The notes under the pieces are model-generated. The model did not search any database and was not told where the DNA came from. It saw only the letters and a program-made list of their open reading frames with translations. Source: a bacterium (GTDB lineage Bacteria > Auribacterota > UBA3054 > JAAYZF01). Taken from it: a stretch of 57,093 nt of DNA. The position numbers were made by a program, and so were the translations under genes. The stretch is from positions 1 to 57,093 of the forward strand of contig JAAYZF010000122.1 of the NCBI GenBank assembly GCA_012514975.1, read 5' to 3'. Positions 8,550 to 18,864 of the stretch are shown here, piece by piece; position 1 is the stretch's first letter, and each line of letters begins with the position of its first letter.

Positions 8550-11500
8550 ATGAGAACAAGCGTGTGGATGTCAGCCTTGTGTGCCGGTGCGGTATTCGCC
8601 GCGCCGCCGGAGGCGGATTACTCGAAGGGCATGCTTGACCGTGCGGCGGTGATCGCCACGGGAAAGGCCATTACGACAAACGTCTATCCCGACGCCGATG
8701 CCGTGGTGGTGGACAGCGTCGAACGCGCGCTCTACAGCGCTGACGGCACGTCCGTCACGTTCGAAGACACGGCGGCCAAGGTGCTTACCGAGAAAGGCAA
8801 ACGCGATCTCCGCACGCTCGGATTTGCCTATAACGTCATCTACGGCTCGACCGACGTGCTCCGTGTCGAGGTGATACGGCCCGACGGTACCGCCCTGCCC
8901 GTGGACGTCGCTGCCAACAGCCGCGAGATGGTGGACCAGTCGCAGATGGGGATGAACATCTACGACCCGAACAACAAGGTCCTCCAGGTAAGCATGCCCG
9001 AGCTCGAAGTCGGCGACATCGTACGCTACATCACGCGCGATGTGACGGTGAAGGCGTTCATGCCCGGCACGTTCAGCGACTACACGCTGCTCGAACACAC
9101 GATGCCGGCAAAGCGCGCGGTCTACGAGGTCGTTGCGGCCAACGCCCTGCCGCTGAAGCATCATACGCTGAAGGACGCCGTGACGGGCACCGTGGCCGCC
9201 ACCGTCACCACGCAGGCTGACACGACCACCTACACGTGGACGGCGCGCGATGTGCCGCGCATGTTCCCCGAGCCGCGCATGCCCGCGCTGCACACGGTGG
9301 TCCAGCGCGTCATGGTCAGCACCATCCCTGATTGGGAGACGATCTCGAGATGGTACTGGAACCTGTCAGCCAGGCCGCTTGCAGCCACCACACCCGAGAT
9401 GTCGAACGAGGTTGCCCAGCTCGTCGCGAACGCCGCGGACGAGCAGCAGAAGATCGAGGGGATTTTCAAGCGCGTCTCGCAGAAAATCCGCTACATGGGG
9501 ATCACGACCGAGAAGGACGCCCCGGGGTTCGAGCCGCACGACGTGTGCATCACCTACAACAACAAATACGGCGTCTGCCGCGACAAGGCGGCGCTCTTGG
9601 TCTCCATGCTGCGCATCGCCGGGCTCAAGGCGTACCCCGTGCTCATCCTCGTGGGCCCGAAGAAGGACCCGGACGTGCCGCAGCCGTACTTCAACCACGC
9701 GATCACCGCGGTTGAAACGGGCGACTGCGCGTATGTGCTCATGGACTCGACGGACGAGAACACGAAAGACTTGCTGCCCGCCTACCTGGGCGACATGAGC
9801 TATCTCGTCTGCAAGCCTGAAGGAGACACGCTGCGCACAACGCCGTTCCGGCCTGCCGGGGACAACCTTGTGCGCGTCAAGACGAAAGGCGCGCTCACCA
9901 GCCGGGGCGATCTTGAAGCTGAAACGGAGGTCTTTTTCGACGGGATCAACGACAATATCTACCGCGGGTTCTTTGCGCGCAGCAAACCAGAGGAGCGCAA
10001 GCGGCTGTTCGAAGGTCTTGTGAAACGCGTTGCCGCGGGCGCGAAACTCACCTCGTTCACCATCGCGCCCGAGGACTTCCAGGATGTCAGCGAGCCGCTT
10101 ACGGTGAAGCTGTCGTTCGAGGCGAAGGATGTCCTCGTGTCCGGCAAGGAGGCCGTAATGCTCTCCCCGCCCTGGGTCGGCATGTCCATCGGCCTGGTCA
10201 ACTGGGTGCTGGGTGATGCGGGGCTCGAAAAGCGGAGGTACCCGTTCGACACCGAGGTCACCTGCGGCGCAAAAGAGGAGTTCACGCTCGATCTCGCTGA
10301 CGCGGTGGGCGCGGCGATCTCGCTGCCGCAGTACACGCCCGTCGAGGGCAAAACCGTCGAGTGGAAGCGGTCGGTCGTGCAACACGGCGATACGCTTGAC
10401 GGCTCGAGCGAGTTTCTCATCAACGTAGTCGAGTTCTCTCCCGAGGAGTACCTCGCGCTCAAGGAGACGCTCAAGACAATCGAGTTCAACAACCGGAAGA
10501 AACCGATCTTCGCCGTGGGCGCCGCCGGCTCCGATGAGGAGGACGAACCCGAGGCGTTCGAGCCGCCCGAGTACGCCGAGGTGAACGAGGAAGACCTCGA
10601 AATCCAGAGCGACATCACCGAATACACGCTTCATGATGCGCATTCATGGACCGTCACTCACACCGTGAAGAAGGAGGTAAAGACCTACAATGGCATGAAG
10701 AAGAACGCGGAGCTCAAGCTCTCATACAATCCCGTGTGGCAGAGCGCCGCGCTGCGCGACGCCGTGGTAACGGACCCCGAGGGCGTCGAGAAGAAGATCG
10801 GCAGGGAGGAATTGAATGTGATGGATGCCGCATGGGTGGGCGGCGCGCCGCGCTATCCCGCGGAGAAGACGCTGGTCGCCAGCCTGCCCGGCGTGGACGT
10901 GGGCAGCGTCATCGAGTACACCACGGTGGAGACGCACTCGAACCAGCCGTTCTTCAGCGCGTATCAATCGTTCAATGGCTTTGACCCGGTGGTCGAGAAG
11001 AAAGTGGCGATCAAGGCGCCCTCCGGCCTCGCCCTCGAGATCGCGGAGGAGTTGAAAGACGCCGTCACGGCTGCCAAGGACGATGAAGACGGCAGCGTGA
11101 CGTATGAATGGAGCGCCGCCGACATGCCCAGCGTGAAACGCGAGGACGACCTGCCGCCGTGGTGGAGCTTCAACGCATATGTGCTCGCCTCGGCAGGCTC
11201 ATGGCCGTCATACGCAGCGACCCTCAGCAACGCGCTCTGCGCGGCAGCGGCCGGGCAGACAAAGGCGGCGGCAAAGGCAAAGGAGCTCACCGCCGGGCTT
11301 GACACGGCTGCTGCGCGCGCAAAGGCCATCCGCGATTTTGTCGCGCGGAGCATTCGCAGCGCCGGCCCGTCGTTCACCGCACTGCCCCTCTCATCCATCA
11401 CCCCCGCCGACAAAACGCTTGCCGACGGGTATGGCTACACGGCCGACCGCGCGGTCCTGTTGTACAGCATGCTCGATGCGGCGGGGATGAACCCGGCGTT

Positions 11501-12380
11501 TGTCCTCGCCTCGTGGCTGCCCAAGGTCGCGCCGGCAAGCGCGCCTCTCATCGGCACCGCGCAACGCTGGCCGTTCGACGCAATGCTCGTCCGCGTCCGC
11601 GTCGGCGGCGACGATGTCTATCTCAACGACACGCATCAGTATGCCGAACTCGGGACGACGAGCCATGACCAGCAGCCCGCGCTCGACATCGCCGCCGGCG
11701 CGATCATCACCGTCGCCGCGGCGCCAGGCAGGGAGGACCGGAGCGAGCAGGACATCGACATCACGGTGGCTGAGAACGGCGATGCGGTGATCAAGAAAAC
11801 GATACGGAAGTACGGGACCGAGTTCGCCGAGTTCCACCAGCACTTCGCCGAGCTCTCGCCCGAGGAACGCAGGCGGTACTACCAGGAGACCGTCTCCGGT
11901 GTCGCCCAGGCGGCCAAGCCCGTGGGCGATCTGGTAACGAAGTACGACGTCTATCCCGGTGTCGAGGAGTTCACCGTCAGCGTCGAGAAATTCGCCGTGC
12001 GTGACGGCGACTACCTCTACTTCGCGGTGCCGGTGAACCTTGCCAACCTCCTCCTCCTGCGCGCCGACACGCGCGACAATCCGCTGTACTGGGACGACGC
12101 CCGGCGCATGAACGTGACGGTGAACATCACGCTGCCCGAGGGATTCGACGACATCGAGCTCGCACCACCCGATGTGGAATGGACCGCGCCGGCGGACGCG
12201 GGGACCATCGTCGTCAAGACGACGCGCGGCGACAATGCTGCCACGCTGAGCATCGCGCACGACATCAACCTTAAGCCGGCCATCATCCCGGCGGACGACT
12301 ATTCCGCCCTGCTCGACATCAACCGCACGCTCTCCCATCAGCGCATGCAGACGATCCTGGTGGGCAAAAGCAGGAGGTGA
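8550..12380 (+). CDS. DUF3857 / transglutaminase-like domain giant secreted protein, 1276 aa
   Basis: The signal peptide is MRTSVWMSALCAGAVFAAPPEA. The transglutaminase-like core runs YGVCRDKAALLVSMLRIAGLKAYPV ... NHAITAV ... MDSTDE (Cys-His-Asp). The second half repeats the architecture after an acidic linker (GSDEEDEPEAFEPPEYAEVNEEDLE). ATG 8550 was chosen within ORF 8508..12380. Confidence 0.75.
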   Translation: MRTSVWMSALCAGAVFAAPPEADYSKGMLDRAAVIATGKAITTNVYPDADAVVVDSVERALYSADGTSVTFEDTAAKVLTEKGKRDLRTLGFAYNVIYGSTDVLRVEVIRPDGTALPVDVAANSREMVDQSQMGMNIYDPNNKVLQVSMPELEVGDIVRYITRDVTVKAFMPGTFSDYTLLEHTMPAKRAVYEVVAANALPLKHHTLKDAVTGTVAATVTTQADTTTYTWTARDVPRMFPEPRMPALHTVVQRVMVSTIPDWETISRWYWNLSARPLAATTPEMSNEVAQLVANAADEQQKIEGIFKRVSQKIRYMGITTEKDAPGFEPHDVCITYNNKYGVCRDKAALLVSMLRIAGLKAYPVLILVGPKKDPDVPQPYFNHAITAVETGDCAYVLMDSTDENTKDLLPAYLGDMSYLVCKPEGDTLRTTPFRPAGDNLVRVKTKGALTSRGDLEAETEVFFDGINDNIYRGFFARSKPEERKRLFEGLVKRVAAGAKLTSFTIAPEDFQDVSEPLTVKLSFEAKDVLVSGKEAVMLSPPWVGMSIGLVNWVLGDAGLEKRRYPFDTEVTCGAKEEFTLDLADAVGAAISLPQYTPVEGKTVEWKRSVVQHGDTLDGSSEFLINVVEFSPEEYLALKETLKTIEFNNRKKPIFAVGAAGSDEEDEPEAFEPPEYAEVNEEDLEIQSDITEYTLHDAHSWTVTHTVKKEVKTYNGMKKNAELKLSYNPVWQSAALRDAVVTDPEGVEKKIGREELNVMDAAWVGGAPRYPAEKTLVASLPGVDVGSVIEYTTVETHSNQPFFSAYQSFNGFDPVVEKKVAIKAPSGLALEIAEELKDAVTAAKDDEDGSVTYEWSAADMPSVKREDDLPPWWSFNAYVLASAGSWPSYAATLSNALCAAAAGQTKAAAKAKELTAGLDTAAARAKAIRDFVARSIRSAGPSFTALPLSSITPADKTLADGYGYTADRAVLLYSMLDAAGMNPAFVLASWLPKVAPASAPLIGTAQRWPFDAMLVRVRVGGDDVYLNDTHQYAELGTTSHDQQPALDIAAGAIITVAAAPGREDRSEQDIDITVAENGDAVIKKTIRKYGTEFAEFHQHFAELSPEERRRYYQETVSGVAQAAKPVGDLVTKYDVYPGVEEFTVSVEKFAVRDGDYLYFAVPVNLANLLLLRADTRDNPLYWDDARRMNVTVNITLPEGFDDIELAPPDVEWTAPADAGTIVVKTTRGDNAATLSIAHDINLKPAIIPADDYSALLDINRTLSHQRMQTILVGKSRR

Positions 12381-12388
12381 CAGCACCG

Positions 12389-13663
12389 ATGAGACTTGTG
12401 TCCGCACACTCCACCCTCTCCGGCGCGGTGCGCATCCCCGCGTCGAAATCGCACACGATACGCGCGCTGCTCATCGCCTCGATGGCCGAGGGCCGGTCGG
12501 AACTCATCGAGCCGCTGGCATCGGGCGACACGCTGTCGTGCCTTGCCGCGTGCGAGGCATTTGGCGCGTCAATCACAAAGGCGCCTGACCGCTGGATCGT
12601 CGAGTCGTCCGGCGCGTTGCGCGTGCCTGACGATGTCGTGAACACGGGCAACTCGGGCACGACGCTCTACCTCGCCATGGGCGCCGCCGCATTGTGCAAT
12701 GGCGCGACAGTGTTCACCGGCGACTACCAGATTCGCCGGCGCCCCGCCCAGGAGCTGATCGGCGCGCTCGGGCAGCTTGGCGCGCACGCCTTCTCGACAC
12801 GCGGGAACGGCTGCGCGCCAATCGTTGTCTCGGGCCCGATGAAGGGCGGACGGGCAGCGCTTTCGGCGCCCACGTCGCAGTATCTCAGCAGCCTGCTCCT
12901 TGCCTGCCCGTGCGCGCAGGGGGACACGGCGATTTCGCTCAGCCTCGTCAATGAGATTCCGTACGTCGAGATGACGCTTGACTGGCTTTCCAGCCAAGGT
13001 ATCCGTTTTGACCGCGCGGACGACTTCCGTTCGTTCCACATCCCTGGCGGGCAGCGGTACAGGCCGTTCGTCCGGGCGATACCGGGGGATTTCTCGTCGG
13101 CAACGTTTTTTCTTGTCGCCGCGGCGATCACCGGTTCGGACGTGACTCTCCATGGGCTCGACTTGAACGACAAGCAGGGCGACAAGGCCGTCATCGGCAT
13201 GTTAAGGGCCATGGGCGCGCGGATCGACGCGGCGGATGACGGCATTCGCGTGCGCGGCGGCGCGCTGCACGGGTGCGAGCTTGATCTGAACGCGACGCCG
13301 GACGCGCTGCCGGCGCTTGCCGTTGCCGGCTGCTTTGCCGGGGGTGAAACGCGGCTGGTGAACGTGGCGCACGCACGCAACAAGGAAACAGACCGCATTG
13401 CCGTGATGAAGACGGAGCTTGAGAGACTCGGCGCGGACATCTCGGAGCTGCCCGACGGCCTCGTGATCCGCCACAGGCCCCTGCGCGGCGGCAGCGTGCA
13501 CGGCCACGACGATCACCGGGTCGTCATGGCCTGCGCCGTCGCCGGCCTGCGGTGCGCCGAGCCCGTCGTCGTCGACACGGCCGAGGCGATGGAGATCACG
13601 TTCCCGTTATTTGTGGCGTTGATGCGCTCTCTGGGCGGGAACGTTGCGCGCGAGACGCGCTGA
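12389..13663 (+). CDS. aroA: 3-phosphoshikimate 1-carboxyvinyltransferase (EPSP synthase)
   Basis: Motifs LSGAVRIPASKSHTIRALLIASMAEG, NTGNSGTTLYLAMG, RRPAQELI and NKETDRI are present. AGGAGG lies 11 nt upstream of ATG 12389. The track ORF starts at GTG 12377. Confidence 0.9.
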   Translation: MRLVSAHSTLSGAVRIPASKSHTIRALLIASMAEGRSELIEPLASGDTLSCLAACEAFGASITKAPDRWIVESSGALRVPDDVVNTGNSGTTLYLAMGAAALCNGATVFTGDYQIRRRPAQELIGALGQLGAHAFSTRGNGCAPIVVSGPMKGGRAALSAPTSQYLSSLLLACPCAQGDTAISLSLVNEIPYVEMTLDWLSSQGIRFDRADDFRSFHIPGGQRYRPFVRAIPGDFSSATFFLVAAAITGSDVTLHGLDLNDKQGDKAVIGMLRAMGARIDAADDGIRVRGGALHGCELDLNATPDALPALAVAGCFAGGETRLVNVAHARNKETDRIAVMKTELERLGADISELPDGLVIRHRPLRGGSVHGHDDHRVVMACAVAGLRCAEPVVVDTAEAMEITFPLFVALMRSLGGNVARETR

Positions 13664-13742
13664 CCGGTCCACGGAACGGCGAACAACGGAAAACGCGGAA
13701 GATGAAACCGAAAGAGATGGCAACGCGAATGTGCAGGAGCGG

Positions 13743-15560
13743 ATGCAGATGAACCGCTCTGTCGATGAACTGCTTCAGGAAGTCAACGAGCTGCGGCGGC
13801 GGATAGCGGCCCTGCGGTCTGCCGAGGCGGAACGTGTTCGCGCGGTTGAGGCGTTGCGCGCGAGCGAGGAGGACGCCCACGATTTCAACGAGAAGCTGAC
13901 GGTCCTCCACGAGATGACCAACAGGCTGTCGAAGGCGGCGACGGTCGATGATCTGTGCTGCGACGCGGTTGTCCTGGCGCGTGAACGTCTTGGCTTCTCG
14001 CGCGTCGGGATATGGTTTGTCACCGAGTCCGGGCAGCTTCGCGGCTCGTTCGGCGTGTCTGAGGCGGGCGAGGTGCGCGACGAACGCGGTGTCGAGCGCC
14101 CGGTGCTGGCCCCCGCGGCGAAGCAGGTGCTGGCGGACAGGTGCCGCGTGCACGTCACGCCCGACGTGGTGCTGTACGATCATACCGGCACGCCGGTCGG
14201 CCGTGGCAACCAGGCGGTTGCAGGCCTGTGGGACGGCGAGAAGGTCATTGGGTTTGTCTCGGTGGACGACATGCTCAAGCCCGGCAGCCTGACAAACCGG
14301 CAGGCGGAGCTGCTCGTGCTGTTCGCCTCCGCGCTCGGCCACCTGTGCTCGCGCAAGCGCGCGGAGGAGGAACGCTTCAAGCTCGAGGCACAGGTGCAGC
14401 ACACGCAGAAGCTCGAAAGCCTTGGCGTGCTCACCGGCGGCATCGCGCACGATTTCAACAACCTGCTCATGAGCGTGCTCGGCAATGCCGACCTCGCGCT
14501 CGAAGAGCTCCCGCCGGCCAATCCCGCGCGCCAGCGCATCGAGGAGGTCATCGCCGCGGCCAAACATGCAGCCGAGCTCACGCGCCAGATGCTCGCCTAC
14601 TCCGGCAAGGGCGCCATCATTGCCCAGCCGATCGACTTCAAGAGCCTTGTCCAGGAGACCCTGCCGCTCCTCTCGGTCACCATCTCGAAGAAGATCAACG
14701 TGGTGTACAATCTATCCGGGACTCTGCCGCGTGTGAACGCCGACCCGTCGCAGATCCGCCAGATCATCATGAACCTGGTCACCAATGCCTCCGAGGCAAT
14801 CGGCGACCGCGAAGGCGTGATAACCATCTCGGCGGACGTGATGGAGTGTGACCAGGCGTATCTGTCCCAGACGGTCGTCAACGACGATCTGCCCGCGGGG
14901 CAGTATGTCTACATCGAGGTCTCGGACACGGGGTGCGGTATGGACCGGCGGCAGAGCAGGCAGATATTCGAGCCGTTCTACACGACGAAGTTTGCCGGGC
15001 GCGGCCTCGGCCTTGCCGCCGTGCTCGGCATTGTGCGCAGCCACAAGGGCGCGATCAAAGTCTACAGCGAACTCGGGCGCGGAACCGTGTTCCGCATCCT
15101 CTTCCCGGCATCCGGGGGCGGCACGCAGGCCGCGCAGGCACGGGCGCCCGAGCGCGAGACGTTCCGCGGCAGCGGCACCATCCTGCTTGTCGACGACGAG
15201 GCGTCCATCAGGGACGTGGGGACGCGCATGCTGCAGCGGCTGGGCTTCTCGGTCGTCCAGGCGCATGACGGGCGGCACGCGGTGGACATGTTCCGCGAGC
15301 ACGCCGCGTCGTTGGTGTGCGTCATCCTCGACATCGCCATGCCGCGCATGAGCGGCGAGGAAACGCTTGTCGAGCTGCGAAAGCTGAAGGCCGACGTCCC
15401 CGTCATCGTCACGAGCGGGTACTCGGAGGGGGAGGTACGGCCGCGGTTCGGCGAGGCGCCCTTCGACGGCTTCCTCCAGAAGCCGTACACACATAGTACG
15501 CTCACCGCGGTGCTCCGCGCCACGCTCGCGCCGCGCGGCCAGGCGGGCACGGGCCTTTGA
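13743..15560 (+). CDS. Hybrid sensor histidine kinase / response regulator (coiled coil-GAF-HisKA-HATPase-REC)
   Basis: The H-box is GGIAHDFNNLLMSVLGNADLAL. The N/G boxes are NLVTNASEAI, DTGCGMD and GRGLGLAAV. The C-terminal receiver runs ILLVDDE...ILDIAMPRMSG...VIVTSGY. ATG 13743 or 13749 lies within ORF 13644..15560. Confidence 0.85.
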   Translation: MQMNRSVDELLQEVNELRRRIAALRSAEAERVRAVEALRASEEDAHDFNEKLTVLHEMTNRLSKAATVDDLCCDAVVLARERLGFSRVGIWFVTESGQLRGSFGVSEAGEVRDERGVERPVLAPAAKQVLADRCRVHVTPDVVLYDHTGTPVGRGNQAVAGLWDGEKVIGFVSVDDMLKPGSLTNRQAELLVLFASALGHLCSRKRAEEERFKLEAQVQHTQKLESLGVLTGGIAHDFNNLLMSVLGNADLALEELPPANPARQRIEEVIAAAKHAAELTRQMLAYSGKGAIIAQPIDFKSLVQETLPLLSVTISKKINVVYNLSGTLPRVNADPSQIRQIIMNLVTNASEAIGDREGVITISADVMECDQAYLSQTVVNDDLPAGQYVYIEVSDTGCGMDRRQSRQIFEPFYTTKFAGRGLGLAAVLGIVRSHKGAIKVYSELGRGTVFRILFPASGGGTQAAQARAPERETFRGSGTILLVDDEASIRDVGTRMLQRLGFSVVQAHDGRHAVDMFREHAASLVCVILDIAMPRMSGEETLVELRKLKADVPVIVTSGYSEGEVRPRFGEAPFDGFLQKPYTHSTLTAVLRATLAPRGQAGTGL

Positions 15561-15573
15561 GCGGCGCGCCGCT
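15560..15573. terminator. Perfect 14-nt GC palindrome AGCGGCGCGCCGCT between the convergent stop codons of the kinase and gatB
   Basis: Read directly. It sits exactly in the 14-nt gap between convergent genes. The stem is short and there is no clear U-run, so a terminator role is tentative. Confidence 0.3.
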
Positions 15574-15574
15574 G

Positions 15575-17026
15575 CTACGCGTCCAGCCCGTGTGTTTCAA
15601 TGAGGATGTGCCTGATGCGCTCGTTGACGAGCGCGGGGTTGGCCTTGCCTTTGCTCATCTGCATCACGGCGCCCACAAGCTTTCCCGCCGCCTTTCCCTT
15701 TCCCGCCTTGAGCGACTCGATCACGTCGGGATTCCTCGCGATCGCCTCGTTCACCCACGCGTCGATCTCCGCGGAGTCGGTGATCTGCACGAGGCCTTTC
15801 TCGTTGACGATCTCTTCGGGCGCCTTGCCTGTATTGAACATCTCGGGGAAAATCTGCTTGCCGATGTTGCCGCTGATGACGTTGCCTTCAATCAGCGCGC
15901 CGAGCTCGGCAAGATGAGCCGGGGTGATCGGGCAGTCCGTGATGGACCTGTGTGCCGCATTGAGCTCGGCCATGAGGTTGTTGATGATCCAGTTCGCCGC
16001 CGCCTTGCCGCTCATTCCCGCCGAGATTGCCGCCTCGAAGTAGTCGGCAAGCGGTTTCTCGGCCGTGAGGACGCCTGCGTCGTACGCCGAGATTCCGTAC
16101 TGCGCGGCAAACCGTTCCCTGCGCACTGCCGGACGCTCGGGGAGCTGCGCCTTGAGCGTCTCGATTTCCGCTGCCGTGAACGTCATGGGCACGAGATCGG
16201 GATCGGGGAAGTACCGGTAGTCATGGGCCTGCTCCTTGGTGCGCATGGAGACCGTCTTCTCGCTGTTCGCGTCGAACAGGCGGGTTTCCTGCACAATAGT
16301 CTGCCCGGCCTCGATGGCGGCAATCTGGCGGCGCACTTCATAGGCAAGCGCCTTCTGCACGGCCTTGAACGAGTTCATGTTCTTGATCTCGACCTTTGTG
16401 CCGAACGCCGCCTGGCCCGCGGGCCTCACCGAGACGTTCGCATCGCACCGCAGGCTGCCTTCCTCCATGTTGCAGTCGCTGATGTCGAGGTACGACATCA
16501 ACTGCTTGAGCGTGACCAGGTAGGCGTGCGCCTCGTCGGGCGAACGCATGTCAGGCTCGCTCACGATCTCGAGCAGGGGCGTGCCCGAGCGGTTGAGGTC
16601 GACGAGACTGCCGCCGCCATGCCCGTCATGCACGAGTTTCCCGGCGTCCTCCTCGAGGTGAACGCGGGTGATGCCGAAGCGCCTTGTTCCGCCGTCCATT
16701 TCGACGTCGATGTGCCCTTTGCCGCAGAGGGGCAGGTCGTACTGCGAAATCTGGTACGCCTTGGGCAGGTCGGGATAGAAGTAGTTCTTGCGGTCGAACT
16801 TCGAGAATTGGGCGACGGCGCAGTTGAGCATCAGGCCCGCCTGGCGCGCATAGCGCACGGCGGTCTCGTTGATCACCGGGAGCGACCCGGGCATGCCGAG
16901 GCAGACGGGGCAGACGTTCGTGTTCGGCGCATCGCCGAAATGGTTGCGGCACCGGCAGAACATCTTCGTCCGCGTGTTCAACTGCAGGTGGACCTCGAGG
17001 CCTATGACCGTTTCAAACGCTGCCAT
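15575..17026 (-). CDS. gatB: Asp-tRNA(Asn)/Glu-tRNA(Gln) amidotransferase subunit B
   Basis: The N-terminus MAAFETVIGLEVHLQLNTRTKMFCRC and the C-terminal YqeY-like tail are present. It lies in gatCAB order. Confidence 0.95.
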   Translation of the reverse strand: MAAFETVIGLEVHLQLNTRTKMFCRCRNHFGDAPNTNVCPVCLGMPGSLPVINETAVRYARQAGLMLNCAVAQFSKFDRKNYFYPDLPKAYQISQYDLPLCGKGHIDVEMDGGTRRFGITRVHLEEDAGKLVHDGHGGGSLVDLNRSGTPLLEIVSEPDMRSPDEAHAYLVTLKQLMSYLDISDCNMEEGSLRCDANVSVRPAGQAAFGTKVEIKNMNSFKAVQKALAYEVRRQIAAIEAGQTIVQETRLFDANSEKTVSMRTKEQAHDYRYFPDPDLVPMTFTAAEIETLKAQLPERPAVRRERFAAQYGISAYDAGVLTAEKPLADYFEAAISAGMSGKAAANWIINNLMAELNAAHRSITDCPITPAHLAELGALIEGNVISGNIGKQIFPEMFNTGKAPEEIVNEKGLVQITDSAEIDAWVNEAIARNPDVIESLKAGKGKAAGKLVGAVMQMSKGKANPALVNERIRHILIETHGLDA

Positions 17027-17053
17027 GGTGTAGTGAAGTTGTCGGGCACTCCC

Positions 17054-18520
17054 TTAGCCGGCAATACCGTTCTGCGCCGGGCGGCGGGTATGGAAATCGG
17101 TGGCCTGCTGGTACGCGCTGCCCGCGCGGATGAGGGCCGGCTCGCCGAACGGTCTGGCCAGCAACTGCAGCCCGATCGGCAGCCCCGTGTCCGTGAAGCC
17201 GCACGGGATGCTCATGCCCGGGATGCCGGCAAGGTTGACCGAGACGGTGAAGATGTCCGAGAGGTACATCTGGAGCGGGTCGTCCGCCTTTTCGCCCGTC
17301 TTGAACGCCGCCGTGGGCGACGTGGGCGTGGCGATGACATCGACGCGCTCGAACGCCGTGTCAAAGTCGCGCGTGATCAGTGTGCGCACTTTCAGCGCCT
17401 TGAGATAGTACGCGTCATAATAGCCCGAGCTGAGGACGTAGGTGCCGAGAAGCACACGGCGGATCACTTCGTCGCCAAAGCCCTCGCGGCGGGACTTGGT
17501 GTACACGTCCCACAGGTCCTTCGCCACCGGCGCGCGCCGGCCGTAATGGATGCCATCGTAGCGCGCAAGGTTTGAGCTCGCCTCGGCGGTGGCGACAATG
17601 TAGTACGTGGGAATCGCATACTCGGTATGCGGGAGCGATATCTCGATGATCTCCGCGCCGGCCTTCTCGAAGCTCGCGAGCGCGGCGCGGACAGCTTGCG
17701 CGACCTGCGGGTCGATCCCGCTGACGAAATACTCCCTGGGCACGCCGATCTTCATGCCCGCAACACTCGCGTGCAGCGCCGCCGCGTAGTCCGCCACCGG
17801 CACTTCGGCCGACGTCGAGTCGCCCGGGTCGTGGCCGGCGATGACGGAGAGCATCAACGCCGCGTCGCGCACATCGAGGGTGAGTGGGCCGATCTGGTCG
17901 AGCGAGGAGCCATAGGCGACGAGGCCGTTGCGCGAGACGCGGCCGTACGTGGGCTTGAGCCCGGTGACGCCGCACAGCGCGGCGGGCTGGCGGATGGAGC
18001 CGCCGGTGTCGCTGCCGAACGCCGCGGGCACCTCGCGCGAAGCCACCGCGGCAGCCGAGCCCCCGCTCGATCCGCCGGGTATGCGCTCGATGTCCCACGG
18101 GTTGCACGTCACCTGGTAGCCCGAGTTCTCCGTGGACGATCCCATGGCGAATTCATCGAGGTTTGTCCGGCCGATGATGATCGCGCCTGCGGCGCGCAGC
18201 TTCGCGACGACTGTCGCGTGGTACGGGGGAATGTAGCCTTCGAGCACGCGCGACGCGCAGCGGCATTCGATCCCCTTGTCGCAGAGGTTGTCCTTGATCG
18301 CAACGGGCAGGCCGGCGAGGCGGCCCAGCGGCATGCCCGCGGCGCGTTGTGCGTCGATGGCGTCCGCGTCGGCAAGGGCCTGCGTGTTCTGGAGCGAGAG
18401 GAATGCGTGTACGCGCGGCTCGCACGTTCCGATGCGCGCATAGGCGGCTTCCACCGCTTCGCGTGCGGAGACAGCCTTGCCTCTCAGTGCATCAAGCCAT
18501 TGTAGCGCGGTCTCGAACAT
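17054..18520 (-). CDS. gatA: Glu-tRNA(Gln) amidotransferase subunit A (amidase signature)
   Basis: The amidase signature GGSSGGSAAAVA and GSDTGGSIRQPAA are present. It lies between gatC and gatB. Confidence 0.95.
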   Translation of the reverse strand: MFETALQWLDALRGKAVSAREAVEAAYARIGTCEPRVHAFLSLQNTQALADADAIDAQRAAGMPLGRLAGLPVAIKDNLCDKGIECRCASRVLEGYIPPYHATVVAKLRAAGAIIIGRTNLDEFAMGSSTENSGYQVTCNPWDIERIPGGSSGGSAAAVASREVPAAFGSDTGGSIRQPAALCGVTGLKPTYGRVSRNGLVAYGSSLDQIGPLTLDVRDAALMLSVIAGHDPGDSTSAEVPVADYAAALHASVAGMKIGVPREYFVSGIDPQVAQAVRAALASFEKAGAEIIEISLPHTEYAIPTYYIVATAEASSNLARYDGIHYGRRAPVAKDLWDVYTKSRREGFGDEVIRRVLLGTYVLSSGYYDAYYLKALKVRTLITRDFDTAFERVDVIATPTSPTAAFKTGEKADDPLQMYLSDIFTVSVNLAGIPGMSIPCGFTDTGLPIGLQLLARPFGEPALIRAGSAYQQATDFHTRRPAQNGIAG

Positions 18521-18549
18521 GGGAATGTGTGAAGCGCCCGGCGGCGCGG

Positions 18550-18834
18550 CTACTCGATCACCGGCGGCACGTGGAAGAAGCCGTCGGACGTGCGGGGGGC
18601 CGAGCGCAGTGCATCCTCGTTGGCGAGCGACGGCGCCGCGTCATCCACGCCGGCGACATTGCGGAGCGGAAGCACGTGTGCAGTCGGCTCGACGGCGCTG
18701 ACGTCGAGCTCGTTGAGTTTCTCGACGTACGAGAGGATGCTCTGCAGGTGCGGGGCAAAGCGGTCGAGATCAGCGTCATCGAGCTGCACGCGGCTCAGGC
18801 GTGCAACGTAGGCCACATCGTCGCGGGTGATCAT
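18550..18834 (-). CDS. gatC: Glu-tRNA(Gln) amidotransferase subunit C
   Basis: It is 94 aa with MITRDDVAYVARLSRVQLDDADLDRF...LSYVEKLNELDV, and sits immediately upstream of gatA. Confidence 0.9.
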   Translation of the reverse strand: MITRDDVAYVARLSRVQLDDADLDRFAPHLQSILSYVEKLNELDVSAVEPTAHVLPLRNVAGVDDAAPSLANEDALRSAPRTSDGFFHVPPVIE

Positions 18835-18864
18835 GCGCGTTCAATCCCGGCAGGCGCCGCCTGC

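Noticed and set aside
9366-10643. 425-aa ORF on the - strand inside the transglutaminase-like gene
   Set aside because: It is an antisense shadow ORF. The sense frame carries the Cys-His-Asp transglutaminase core.
15557-17575. 672-aa ORF on the + strand
   Set aside because: It is entirely antisense to gatB/gatA, which have unambiguous conserved motifs. The product is Arg/Ala/Gly/Val-rich and low-complexity, as expected of a shadow ORF in high-GC DNA.
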